A stretch of 64,000 nucleotides of DNA from a bacterium (GCA_963631395.1 CAVGQN010000003.1:10244-74243); one strand, 5' to 3'; counted from the stretch's first letter, positions 53,189 through 62,187 are shown. Translations and numbers: made by a program. The notes: generated by a model from the sequence alone, not told the origin.

Positions 53189-54682
53189 TTATTCGAAAGC
53201 TCCCATCTTGAGCATGTTGACCTCCTGCTGGGTGAGGTGACGCCAGCGGCCACGTGGCAGGTTCTTCTTGGTCAAACCTGCGAAGTAGACACGGTCCAGC
53301 TTGGTGACACGATAACCGAGGTGCTCGAAGATACGGCGCACGATACGGTTCTTGCCCGAGTGGATTTCGATGCCGACCTGGTTCTTGTCGTCCTCGTTGG
53401 CGTAGGCGATGGCATCGGCATGAATCATACCGTCCTCCAGTTCGACGCCGGCGGCTATCTTGGCCAAATCCTCTTCGGTCACATCCTTGTCGAGCCAAAC
53501 GTGATAGATCTTCTTCTTGACATACTTGGGGTGTGTCAGCTTGGAAGCGAGGTCGCCGTCGTTGGTGAGCAGGATGACACCTGTCGTGTTGCGGTCCAGA
53601 CGACCTACGGGATAGATACGTTCGCGCGAAGCGTTGCGGACGAGGTCCATAACGGTCTGACGGCCCTGCGGGTCATCGCTCGTCGTGACGGTGTCCTTAG
53701 GCTTGTTGAGAAGCACATAGACCTTGCGCTCGAGGCTTACCGGAGTGTCGTTGAAAGTGATGCTGTCCTTGCGGGTCACCTTGGTGCCGAGTTCGGTAAC
53801 GACGTTGCCGTTGACCTTGACCGAACCGTTCTTGATGTGCTCGTCAGCCTCGCGGCGTGAGCATACGCCGGCATTGGCCAAATACTTATTGAGGCGCAAC
53901 TCCTCGTTCGGATCGACGAGAGCGTCGGTGTACTCGACGGGACGGTGAGGATTGTAAGCCTGCTTGCGGGCACCCTGGCGGCCGCGCTGTGCGTAACCGT
54001 TGCGGTCATATCCGCCTTGCTGCGGACGACCATAGCCACCCTGCTGACGGCCATAACCGCCTTGCTGCGGACGACCATTGTATCCGCCCTGCTGAGGACG
54101 GCCATAGCCACCCTGCTGCGGACGGCTGTTGTATCCGCCCTGCTGCGGACGGCTGTTGTATCCGCCCTGCTGCGGACGGCTGTTGTAACCGCCCTGCGGA
54201 CGACGCGGCTGATAACCGCCTTCCTGCTGCGGACGGCTGTTGTAACCGCCCTGCTGCGGACGACGCGGCTGATAACCGCCTTCCTGCTGCGGACGGCTGT
54301 TGTAACCGCCTTCCTGCTGAGGTTTGCCCGGTGTGGCCGACGGATCGGCGGGCGATGACTGGTAGCGGTTGTAGCCTGTGTGAGGAGCCGAAGGCCGCTG
54401 ATAGCCACGGGCCTGGTAGTTGTTGGGACGGGGCTGATAGCCTCCGCGTGAATACGAAGGTGCGCCACCGTTGTTGTCCTGGCTTTGGTAAGACGGACGC
54501 TGATAGCCACTCACACGCGTAGTTCCAAAGGTGCGAGGTTGGTAAGGACGGCCGTACGACTCTTGGTCCATGTTGAAACGGCCTTGTGTTTCGCTGATAC
54601 GACGACGCTTCTGTTGTGGTTGCGGCTGGTCCCCGCCTGCATTCTGCGGAGTTTCAGCCTGTGGGTTTTGATTCTCTTCCAT
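53189..54682 (-). CDS. rluB: RluB/RsuA-type pseudouridine synthase with ~230-aa N-terminal Gly/Gln/Tyr/Arg/Pro-rich repeat region
   Basis: S4 domain LRLNKYLANAGVCSRREADEHIKNGSVKVNG. Catalytic PVGRLDRNTTGVILLTNDG. The N-terminus is made of GGYNSRPQQ / GGYQPRRPQ repeats. Confidence 0.8.
   Translation of the reverse strand: MEENQNPQAETPQNAGGDQPQPQQKRRRISETQGRFNMDQESYGRPYQPRTFGTTRVSGYQRPSYQSQDNNGGAPSYSRGGYQPRPNNYQARGYQRPSAPHTGYNRYQSSPADPSATPGKPQQEGGYNSRPQQEGGYQPRRPQQGGYNSRPQQEGGYQPRRPQGGYNSRPQQGGYNSRPQQGGYNSRPQQGGYGRPQQGGYNGRPQQGGYGRQQGGYGRPQQGGYDRNGYAQRGRQGARKQAYNPHRPVEYTDALVDPNEELRLNKYLANAGVCSRREADEHIKNGSVKVNGNVVTELGTKVTRKDSITFNDTPVSLERKVYVLLNKPKDTVTTSDDPQGRQTVMDLVRNASRERIYPVGRLDRNTTGVILLTNDGDLASKLTHPKYVKKKIYHVWLDKDVTEEDLAKIAAGVELEDGMIHADAIAYANEDDKNQVGIEIHSGKNRIVRRIFEHLGYRVTKLDRVYFAGLTKKNLPRGRWRHLTQQEVNMLKMGAFE
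54000..54330. repeat. in-frame 27-nt (x3) and 57-nt (x2) tandem repeats inside rluB
   Basis: CTGCTGCGGACGGCTGTTGTATCCGCC repeats from ~54113. A 57-nt unit ...CGGACGACGCGGCTGATAACCGCCTTCCTGCTGCGGACGGCTGTTGTAACCGCC repeats from ~54194. Together they encode the GGYNSRPQQ-type repeats. Confidence 0.8.
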
Positions 54683-54733
54683 GATTGATTGACTGTAGTA
54701 GTTTAAGTCTGTTTTTTGGTTAATAAAAAATTT

Positions 54734-56083
54734 TTAAATACCGGTATAGTTACCAGGAGCCAGTGCATGCAATTCTGCTTTCACAGACTCCGATATATTC
54801 AACGTTTCGATAAAATCGCTTATAGTCTCGGCGTTCATGCCCGTATTGACGCGGGTGAGTGCCTTGAGCGTTTCGTAGGGTTTGGGATAACCTTCGCGGC
54901 GCAGTATGGTCTGGATGCCTTCGGCCACTACGGCCCAGGCGTTGTCCAAATCCCTGCGGATGGCTGACTCGTTGAGGAGGAGCTTGCGAAGGCCCTTGAG
55001 TGTGGAGGCCAGGGCGATGAGCATGTGGCCCATCGGCACGCCGACATTGCGCAGCACGGTGCTGTCGGTCAGGTCGCGCTGCAGACGGCTGACGGGCAGT
55101 TTGGTGGCGAGATGCTCGAGTATGGCGTTGGCAATGCCGAGGTTGCCCTCAGAGTTCTCGTAATCGATGGGGTTGACCTTGTGCGGCATGGCCGACGAAC
55201 CGACCTCACCGGCCTTGATCTGCTGCTTGAAGTACTCCATCGAGATGTACTGCCAGAAATCCTTGTCGAGGTCGAGGAGCACGACATTGATGCGGCGAAG
55301 GGCGTCAAAGAGGGCTGCCAGATTGTCGTAGTTGGAAATCTGAGTCGTCCACTCCTCGCGCTCGATGCCGAGTTTGTCGTGAAGGAACGAAGCGGCAAAG
55401 GCTTTCCAGTCGCGGTCGGGATAGGCGATGTGATGGGCATTGAAGTTGCCGGTAGCTCCACCGAACTTGCCGCTGACGGGCACTTGCTTGAGCAGTTCGA
55501 GCTGTTGACGCAGACGATAGACAAAGACCATAATCTCCTTGCCGAGACGTGTCGGTGAGGCAGGCTGTCCGTGTGTGCGGGCCAACATCGGGATGTCCTT
55601 CCACTCGTCGGCATAAGCGGCGAGCTGGTCTATCACCTCCTGCAGGGCAGGAATATAGACCTCGTAGACACACTCCTTGATAGACATCGGGATAGACGTA
55701 TTGTTGATGTCCTGGCTGGTGAGTCCGAAGTGAATGAACTCCTTGTACTGCTCCAGGCCGAGCTTGTCGAATTCCTCCTTCAGCAGGTACTCGACAGCCT
55801 TGACGTCGTGGTTGGTGACGCTCTCGATGTCCTTGACGCGCTGGGCATCGGCGAACTGGAAGTTCTGGTAGATGGCACGGAGCTTGGCAAAGCAGTCTTT
55901 AGGCACGGAGGCCAGCTGCGGCAACGGCAATTCGCAGAGGGCAATGAAATACTCAACCTCCACGCGTACGCGGTAACGAATAAGTGCATACTCCGAAAAG
56001 TAGTTGCTCAGCACCTCGGTCTTGCTATGATAACGTCCGTCTATCGGGCTCACGGCCGTAAGCGGGCTAAATTGCATTTCCAT
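54734..56083 (-). CDS. purB: adenylosuccinate lyase
   Basis: 449 aa. PLTAVSPIDGRYHSKT..., GSSAMPHKVNP signature. Confidence 0.9.
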   Translation of the reverse strand: MEMQFSPLTAVSPIDGRYHSKTEVLSNYFSEYALIRYRVRVEVEYFIALCELPLPQLASVPKDCFAKLRAIYQNFQFADAQRVKDIESVTNHDVKAVEYLLKEEFDKLGLEQYKEFIHFGLTSQDINNTSIPMSIKECVYEVYIPALQEVIDQLAAYADEWKDIPMLARTHGQPASPTRLGKEIMVFVYRLRQQLELLKQVPVSGKFGGATGNFNAHHIAYPDRDWKAFAASFLHDKLGIEREEWTTQISNYDNLAALFDALRRINVVLLDLDKDFWQYISMEYFKQQIKAGEVGSSAMPHKVNPIDYENSEGNLGIANAILEHLATKLPVSRLQRDLTDSTVLRNVGVPMGHMLIALASTLKGLRKLLLNESAIRRDLDNAWAVVAEGIQTILRREGYPKPYETLKALTRVNTGMNAETISDFIETLNISESVKAELHALAPGNYTGI

Positions 56084-56139
56084 ATAAAAAAATAACTACA
56101 AAATATATTTACAAAATCTTTGATTCGTTTTTTGTCTAT

Positions 56140-56500
56140 TTTTGTCTATCGTCCGGATTCCTTCAATCCACAACACATTTCTTTCGTCCGGATTCCTTGC
56201 ACACGCTTGGCGCTTCGACACAAGCAAGGTTCTTTCTTCAAAAGTTCAAAAGCAAAAAAGTTCAAAAGCAAAACTATTCTCTCTTTCTCTTTCCTAAAAA
56301 CTATCTTCCTCAAAACTCTTCTCTTTTGAAACACTCTTCTTTCAAAGCTCTTCGCTCTTCTCTTTGAAGTCCTCTTCTTTCAAAGCCGCAGTCAGGTTTT
56401 CTCAAGGAGAACTACGTTTTCCGAAGGTCAAAACCATGTTTTCTCGAATGCAAAATCAAGTTTTTCGTCTGACAAACATGTTTTTCTTCTGGGCGCTTAG
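56140..56500. repeat. mosaic of local direct repeats in the 418-bp spacer upstream of purB
   Basis: CGTCCGGATTCCTT at 56150 and 56185. AAAAGTTCAAAAGCAAAA at 56240 and 56256. CTCTTCTTTCAAAG at 56333 and 56372. GTTTT(T)C units at 56396, 56416, 56438, 56460 and 56480 (20-22-nt phase). Confidence 0.85.
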
Positions 56501-56501
56501 G

Positions 56502-57188
56502 CTATTTCTTCCAGAAGCGGAAACCGGCATTGACCGAGACAGACGACAGGCGGCTGTTGCAGTCGCACACGACGCTGGGCAGGAGACCGCACTGATAGGT
56601 CACACTGAGAGCGAGATGACGCCAGTCATAACCGAGGCTGGCCTGGACGCCGAGGTTCCAGTTGCGCACGTCGTCGGGAGTATCGATAAACTTGTCGATA
56701 AAGATACCTGCACCCACCGACACACGGCTCTTGGGCGAAAGGGCGAAAAACCGGCGCATCTGGCTTTGAAGCTCTATCATATTGATGCCGGCTTCAACCG
56801 TTTCTTCGGGTCGGAGTATGGCTCCGTAGCCAAGCCCGTTGTCGTAGTAGAAAAGATGGTCGCCACCTTTCTGCTTATAGAAAAGGCCGGCCTGTACACC
56901 CCACTTCTTGCTCAGCGCCTGGTCCCAAAGGAAACCTACGTTGAAGTAATCGTGCGTATTGGCCCACTTCTCGCTCTTGCCGTAGTATTTGCTACTCAGC
57001 GAGACGGACTGCTCGTTCATCCAGCTGTGTTCATATCCGGCAGTCAAGGTGAACGTAGCTCCACAGAAGTAGTTGGCCTCACGGGCCTCACGGCGAGCTT
57101 GTTCCTTCTTCGAAAATTTCTGGGCATAGAGGACAGACGGTGCCGTCACTGCCAAAAGCAATATAACCAAGAGGACTTTTCTACACAT
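56502..57188 (-). CDS. small outer-membrane beta-barrel (porin-family/OmpW-like) protein
   Basis: ATG 57188, signal MCRKVLLVILLLAVTAPSVLYA. Alternating hydrophobic strands. Terminal ...VNAGFRFWKK has an aromatic C-terminus. Confidence 0.6.
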   Translation of the reverse strand: MCRKVLLVILLLAVTAPSVLYAQKFSKKEQARREAREANYFCGATFTLTAGYEHSWMNEQSVSLSSKYYGKSEKWANTHDYFNVGFLWDQALSKKWGVQAGLFYKQKGGDHLFYYDNGLGYGAILRPEETVEAGINMIELQSQMRRFFALSPKSRVSVGAGIFIDKFIDTPDDVRNWNLGVQASLGYDWRHLALSVTYQCGLLPSVVCDCNSRLSSVSVNAGFRFWKK

Positions 57189-57340
57189 ACCTATAAAGAC
57201 GCGCGCGAACTTAATAATGATGAATGACAAAATCGGGTAGGACACATTCCTATCCAGCCGACGGATGATTGATGTAATAATGTGAGTAAGAAGACTCTGC
57301 TGCACAGCAGAGCATTCTTACCCTATCTTTTGGAAGCGAA

Positions 57341-57538
57341 TTACTTGCCGCCTATCTTGTCTGCGATACGGCCTCCGATGATACAGAGGGCTACACCGAG
57401 CACGATAGCTACCAGGCAGCAGACGAGTACTGTGTTGTAAGTGCCCTTGTCAAGCTCAACGCATTTGAAAGCGATGAAAAGGACTACAGCAGCCAACAGG
57501 ATAAGGACAGAGCCTCCGTATAGTTTCAAGAACCTCAT
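57341..57538 (-). CDS. small two-TM membrane protein (65 aa), unknown function
   Basis: MRFLKLYGGSVLILLAAVVLFIAF...VLVCCLVAIVLGVALCIIGG. GC-rich third positions like the neighbouring genes. ATG verified. Confidence 0.5.
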   Translation of the reverse strand: MRFLKLYGGSVLILLAAVVLFIAFKCVELDKGTYNTVLVCCLVAIVLGVALCIIGGRIADKIGGK

Positions 57539-57810
57539 AGTGGTTGTATGTTTTATTATGGTTGTTTATTTTGTTATTTATGCTGTCTAATTTTCGGCAA
57601 AGTAAATGCTTTTTTCGATAGGTTGTTCATTTTTTCGCAAAAAAAAGTGCTATTTCCTGATTTTTCCCATATCTTTGTCCCCGAAAGCAATACTTACAAG
57701 GCTTTTTTGTCAAAAACAACAACAGAATTCTGTGCCGGAAAGGCGAACAATATTTGTCGGAAAGGCAACAGATTATTTGTCGAAAACAAAGAAAACGAAC
57801 GAGACTCGCC

Positions 57811-58611
57811 ATGGTAATATTATACCTTCTCTACGAGGTGGCTATATTCCTACCTATATTCCTCACGCTGACCATATTGTGCAGCATCATCACCTACATA
57901 GGTTGCATGATTGGGTTTGGCCGATGGGCCGGATATTGGCCGGGTGTCGTTTGGGCCAAGATAGTCTGCTACATGGCGCTGTGTCCCTATAAGGTGAAGG
58001 GGCGCGAGAAACTCGACCCGCGGACGTCGTATGTCTTCGTAGCCAACCACCAGGGGGCTTTCGACATCTTCCTGCTCTATGCAGCCTTGGGCCAGCCCTT
58101 CCGTTGGATGCTGCGCAAGGGCATCCGCAAGATACCTTTCGTAGGACTCGCTTGCAACAAGGCTGGCCACATCTGGGTCGACGAACGGGGCGCTACAGGT
58201 ATGATGCACACCGTGCGACAAGCTCTTCAGACGCTCCGTGACGGCATTTCCATCATCGTCTTCCCGGAGGGCACACGCACCAAAGACGGACACATGAGCC
58301 GCTTCAAGAAGGGAGCTTTCACTCTTGCAGCCATGCTCAAACTTCCCGTCGTGCCCATCACCATCGAAGGTCCCTATCAGATTATGAAGAAGGGCACCGT
58401 CCTGGTTCACTGGCATCGGATGACGCTGACCATACATGACCCGCTTCCGGCTGTCACCCGCTCAGAGGGCACGGACAACGGAGTGATGCGTCTCATGTAC
58501 GACTCTCAGCACATCATCGCCGGCAGTCTCGGCGAGCCGCTCATGAAGCGCCCAGAACCTGCCACGACTACGGACAAAAGTCCGACTGATGAAAAGAAAA
58601 CAGACGAATAA
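57811..58611 (+). CDS. plsC: 1-acyl-sn-glycerol-3-phosphate acyltransferase
   Basis: ATG 57811. N-terminal TM, then NHQGAFDIF (HX4D) and VFPEGTRTKDG. Confidence 0.8.
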   Translation: MVILYLLYEVAIFLPIFLTLTILCSIITYIGCMIGFGRWAGYWPGVVWAKIVCYMALCPYKVKGREKLDPRTSYVFVANHQGAFDIFLLYAALGQPFRWMLRKGIRKIPFVGLACNKAGHIWVDERGATGMMHTVRQALQTLRDGISIIVFPEGTRTKDGHMSRFKKGAFTLAAMLKLPVVPITIEGPYQIMKKGTVLVHWHRMTLTIHDPLPAVTRSEGTDNGVMRLMYDSQHIIAGSLGEPLMKRPEPATTTDKSPTDEKKTDE

Positions 58612-58663
58612 GTTTTATGAATTGAAATAAATAGATAACAATTTTTACACTTTAGAAACGAAG

Positions 58664-58701
58664 GCCCGGCCTCTGCGTGAGCAGCGACCGGGCTATTTTT
58701 T
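58664..58701 (+). terminator. intrinsic terminator after plsC
   Basis: GCCCGG...CTGC-GTGA-GCAG...CCGGGC two-part stem followed by TATTTTTT. Confidence 0.6.
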
Positions 58702-58705
58702 GACG

Positions 58706-60139
58706 TCACACGATGCCCTGCGCCTGAAGGGTCTCGAGAAGAGCGTTGGGCTGATTGGACCCGATGAGGATGCTGGCTTTGACTCCGGCATTCTGGCCCG
58801 CCTCGACGTCGCGCTGGCCATCCCCTATCATATACGACTCGGCGAGGTCGATATTGAAGTCACGGGCGGCCTGCAGCAAGAGTCCCGGTTTGGGCTTGCG
58901 GCACGGGCAGTCGCATTTGTACTCGGGTCGTTCGCCCTCGAAGCCCTTGTCCGTGTGGTGAGGACAGACGTAGATGGCGTCGACGAAGGCTCCGGCCTTG
59001 CCCAGTTCCGTCTCCATCCTGTCATGAATGCGCTGCAACTCCTCGAAAGTGCACTCGCCGCGGGCGATGACGGGCTGATTGGTCACGACGATAGCGAGAT
59101 AACCGCTCTTGTTGATGGCCTTGACGGCCTCGGCGGCGCCCTCTATGAGCGTGAACTGCTCGGCAGAGGTCAGGAAGCCCGTCGTGACGTTTAGCGTGCC
59201 GTCGCGGTCCAGGAAGACTGCCTTCTGTTTGTTCTTGAGGTTGCGGGCGTGTACCTTGCCGCTCTCTATGTCGCGCTCCGTCTCGTAGTAGCGGTCGGGC
59301 GTGCCCATGTCCTTGATGTACTCGGGCGTGTCGTAGGCGTAGATGCGTCCGCTCGCGATGTTGGGTTTCAGCACATCGCGGTCGAGGTCAATCTTGTCGG
59401 GCGTTTCGGGATGACGGGGCACGAAGTTTTTCATCGTCTCCCTCAAGAGTTCGGGCGAGATGATTTCGATGCCTGCATTGACGCGGTTCTTATAGTAGGT
59501 ACGCTCGTCTTCCTTGGCCATCCAGCGAATGACTCTATGCGTGTCTGCGGGCATTCCACCCGGCACCTTCGGGCCTTCTATCTCCGTCACGAGCAGCGAG
59601 CTGTCGTACGGGTGGCCGTTGGGGTGCGCCACAAGGCTTGCCCACGCCCCGTGCTCTTTGTGGAATGCAATAAAGCGATTGAAGTCTACGTCGATGATGA
59701 CATCACCGCAAAGGAGGAGAAAATCAGAATTTAGAACTAAGAACTTAGAACTTAGAGAACCTCCTTCCGTTTGGCTCTCTCCACTAGGCACTTGGTTCTC
59801 TCCACCAGACCCTTGGCCCTCTCCACCAGACCTTTGGCTCTCTCCACCAGGCTCTAACCCTGCCATCTTGAACAGCGCGCCGGCCGTGCCGAGCGGGTGG
59901 TCTTCGACGAAGTATTCTATCTTGACGCCCCACTTGCTGCCGTCGCCGAAGTACTCGCGTATCTTGTCACCGAGGTAACCGATGACGAGGATGATGTCGG
60001 TCAGTCCGCAGGCCTTTAGGTTGTCTATCTGATGCTCCAGGATGGGCTTTCCGCATATCGGTATCATGGGCTTGGGCACATCGCTCCTCACCGAAGCAAT
60101 GCGCGTACCCTTGCCTCCTGCCATAATCACTGTTTTCAT
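58706..60139 (-). CDS. hddC/gmhB: fused sugar-1-phosphate nucleotidyltransferase (HddC-like) / D,D-heptose-1,7-bisphosphate phosphatase (GmhB, HAD)
   Basis: ATG 60139, MKTVIMAGGKGTRI...LGTAGAL fits the NTP-transferase. C-half FLDRDGTLN...VVTNQP...CDCPCRKPKPG...MIGDGQRD matches GmhB with its Zn-binding Cys. A repeat-encoded insertion GGESQRSGGEGQGSGGENQVPSGESQTEGGSLSSK lies in the first domain. Confidence 0.75.
   Translation of the reverse strand: MKTVIMAGGKGTRIASVRSDVPKPMIPICGKPILEHQIDNLKACGLTDIILVIGYLGDKIREYFGDGSKWGVKIEYFVEDHPLGTAGALFKMAGLEPGGESQRSGGEGQGSGGENQVPSGESQTEGGSLSSKFLVLNSDFLLLCGDVIIDVDFNRFIAFHKEHGAWASLVAHPNGHPYDSSLLVTEIEGPKVPGGMPADTHRVIRWMAKEDERTYYKNRVNAGIEIISPELLRETMKNFVPRHPETPDKIDLDRDVLKPNIASGRIYAYDTPEYIKDMGTPDRYYETERDIESGKVHARNLKNKQKAVFLDRDGTLNVTTGFLTSAEQFTLIEGAAEAVKAINKSGYLAIVVTNQPVIARGECTFEELQRIHDRMETELGKAGAFVDAIYVCPHHTDKGFEGERPEYKCDCPCRKPKPGLLLQAARDFNIDLAESYMIGDGQRDVEAGQNAGVKASILIGSNQPNALLETLQAQGIV
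59726..59853. repeat. heptamer (AGAACTT x5) plus 21-nt (x4) tandem repeats inside the hddC/gmhB coding sequence
   Basis: Heptamers at 59726-59760. 21-mers at 59770, 59791, 59812 and 59833 (CTTGGyyCTCTCCACCAGACC). All are in frame on the minus strand. Confidence 0.9.
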
Positions 60140-60261
60140 AGTTTGATGTTCCATACGTATTTTTTTATCGAACACGGATTGAACAGATTCTATGGCACAC
60201 TCCGTCCAATCCGTTCAATCCGTGTTCGTTTTTTAATATATATCTGTGTTCTAGCACGACA

Positions 60262-60894
60262 TCACCCGAAGAACTTCTCTTCCAACATTAAACACAGACA
60301 GTGGTAGACAGGGAGGTGAAGTTCCTGAATGCGGTAGGTCTCGGTCTCGGGTACGTGGATGCAGACGTCGGCGAAGGTCTCGAGGCGGTTGGGATTCTGA
60401 CCTGTGAGGCCGATGACCTTGAGACCCTTCGACTTGGCGGCTACGGCGGCGTAGAGCACGTTTTGGCTATTACCCGAGGTGGAGATGCCGAGGAAGACGT
60501 CGCCAGCCTGGCCCAGTCCGTTGACCTGCTGGGCAAAGATGAGGACGGGCACGACATCGTTCATGAAGGCTGTGGTGAGCGAAGGTTCGCCGACCAGCGA
60601 GATGGCGGGGAGAGCACCCTGCAGGTGCTCGGCCAGCACGCGGCCCATCTCAGGGTCTATCTGCATAAGCCGGTCAATCTGTGCGGCGTATATCTTGCGC
60701 TTGAGCTTAAACTCCTTCATCAGTTCACCGACGATGTGCTCGGAGTCGGACGCCGAACCGCCGTTGCCGGCCACGAGCAGTTTGCTACCCGACCTGTAGG
60801 CCTCCTCAAGTATCTGATAGGCTTTGAGTATCTCCTCCTGGCAACACTCCAGCTGCGGATAGCGTTGCACCAAAGTCTCAATGTGTTTATTCAT
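60262..60894 (-). CDS. gmhA: D-sedoheptulose-7-phosphate isomerase (SIS domain)
   Basis: 210 aa. LLVAGNGGSASDSEHIVGEL...GISTSGNSQNV. Confidence 0.85.
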   Translation of the reverse strand: MNKHIETLVQRYPQLECCQEEILKAYQILEEAYRSGSKLLVAGNGGSASDSEHIVGELMKEFKLKRKIYAAQIDRLMQIDPEMGRVLAEHLQGALPAISLVGEPSLTTAFMNDVVPVLIFAQQVNGLGQAGDVFLGISTSGNSQNVLYAAVAAKSKGLKVIGLTGQNPNRLETFADVCIHVPETETYRIQELHLPVYHCLCLMLEEKFFG

Positions 60895-60902
60895 GGATTA
60901 TC

Positions 60903-61970
60903 TTATTTGTATTGCACATTATTCAATGATGAAATGTTATCGGTCGGATAAATTTTCCAACCATGTGCACCACCATCGGAGAATTGAAACGGCATCACGA
61001 AGCCATTGAGCTTCTTCAGGGCCTCTTCCACCTCCTTCTTTCGTGTCGGCTCCACCACGAACATGATGAAGCCTCCGCCGCCGGCGCCGCTCACCTTACC
61101 CGCTTTGGCGCCGGCCGACATAGCCACGTCCATCGCCTCCTGGATGATGGGGTTGGTGATGTTGTTGGCCATCTTCTTCTTGTTTTCCCAAGCCTCGCGC
61201 AGGATGTCGGCAAAGCCGTTGATGTCGCCCTTGAGAATGGCAAGTTTCATATCCTTGGCACTCTGCTTTATCTTGTGCATAGCCTCTACAGCATCGTTCT
61301 CTCCCTTTGAGGTGTTGGCCTTCTGCTCTTCGATAATGGCGGCACTGCTGCGGCTCTTGCCCGTAAAGTAGAGCAGCATGCTGGCCTCCAGTTCGTCGAC
61401 TATCCAGCGCTTGATCTTGAGCGGGTTGACGATGACCATATCGTCCTGAAGGAACTCCATATAGTTGAAGCCGCCGAATGCCGCCGCATACTGGTCCTGC
61501 TTGCCGCCTGCCAGGCCGAGGTCCTTGCGCTCTATCTCGTAGGCCAGGCGCGAAATCTCGTAGTCGCCAAGGGGCAGGCTGAGCCACTCGACGAAGGCCT
61601 TGAGGATGCAGACCACCATGGTCGACGACGTGCCGAGTCCGGAACCGGCGGGGGCGTCATTGTAGGTGGTGATGCGGAAGGAGCGGGCGCCCACCTCGAA
61701 GTCCCTCACCACGCGGTTGTACACGCCCTTGATGAGGCTGGCCTCCCCGTCTATCTCGAGTCGCTCTGCCATCGGATAGCTCTTTTGACAATGGGCATCG
61801 ATGGCATTGATGGCGATGCAGCCGTCCGAGGTTTCCTCGATGGTGCAGTAGGCGTAGAGGTTGATGGTGGCGTTGAGCACCAATCCTCCGTAGATATCGC
61901 TATAGGGCGACACGTCCGAACCGCCTCCCGCCAGTCCGAGGCGCAGCGGAGCTTTACTTCTTATAATCAT
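60903..61970 (-). CDS. hddA: GHMP-family D-glycero-alpha-D-manno-heptose-7-phosphate kinase
   Basis: 355 aa. SKAPLRLGLAGGGSDV, APAGSGLGTSST (GHMP motif II) and GAGGGGF (motif III). It sits in an operon with gmhA and hddC/gmhB. Confidence 0.75.
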   Translation of the reverse strand: MIIRSKAPLRLGLAGGGSDVSPYSDIYGGLVLNATINLYAYCTIEETSDGCIAINAIDAHCQKSYPMAERLEIDGEASLIKGVYNRVVRDFEVGARSFRITTYNDAPAGSGLGTSSTMVVCILKAFVEWLSLPLGDYEISRLAYEIERKDLGLAGGKQDQYAAAFGGFNYMEFLQDDMVIVNPLKIKRWIVDELEASMLLYFTGKSRSSAAIIEEQKANTSKGENDAVEAMHKIKQSAKDMKLAILKGDINGFADILREAWENKKKMANNITNPIIQEAMDVAMSAGAKAGKVSGAGGGGFIMFVVEPTRKKEVEEALKKLNGFVMPFQFSDGGAHGWKIYPTDNISSLNNVQYK

Positions 61971-62120
61971 GTTAATGTGTTACGTTTTGCGTTATCTGGA
62001 CTCTAGGCACTAGTCTCTAAAAGGTCTAGGCACTAAATTCTAAGTTCACTACGTGCTCATTTTCCCGCCATGGCAGAACTTTGGGCAAGCTTGGTTCTGC
62101 TCATTTGGCTTACGAAAATG

Positions 62121-62183
62121 TTCTAAGTTCTAAGCTCTAAGTTCTAAGCTCTAAGTTCTAAGCTCTAAGTTCTAAGCTCTAAA
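62121..62183. repeat. (T/C)TCTAAG heptamer microsatellite x9
   Basis: ttctaag ttctaag ctctaag ttctaag ctctaag ttctaag ctctaag ttctaag ctctaaa. The array ends 4 nt from the transporter stop codon (62188-62190). Confidence 0.9.
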
Positions 62184-62187
62184 CTCT

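Noticed and set aside
59726-59760. KFLVLNS next to FLLLCGD looked like an ancient duplication of the nucleotidyltransferase FLVLNGD strand motif.
   Set aside because: The FLVLNS residues are encoded by the TTCTAAG-type heptamer repeats themselves (ttc tta gtt cta aat tct). The resemblance is most likely a coincidence of translating the microsatellite.
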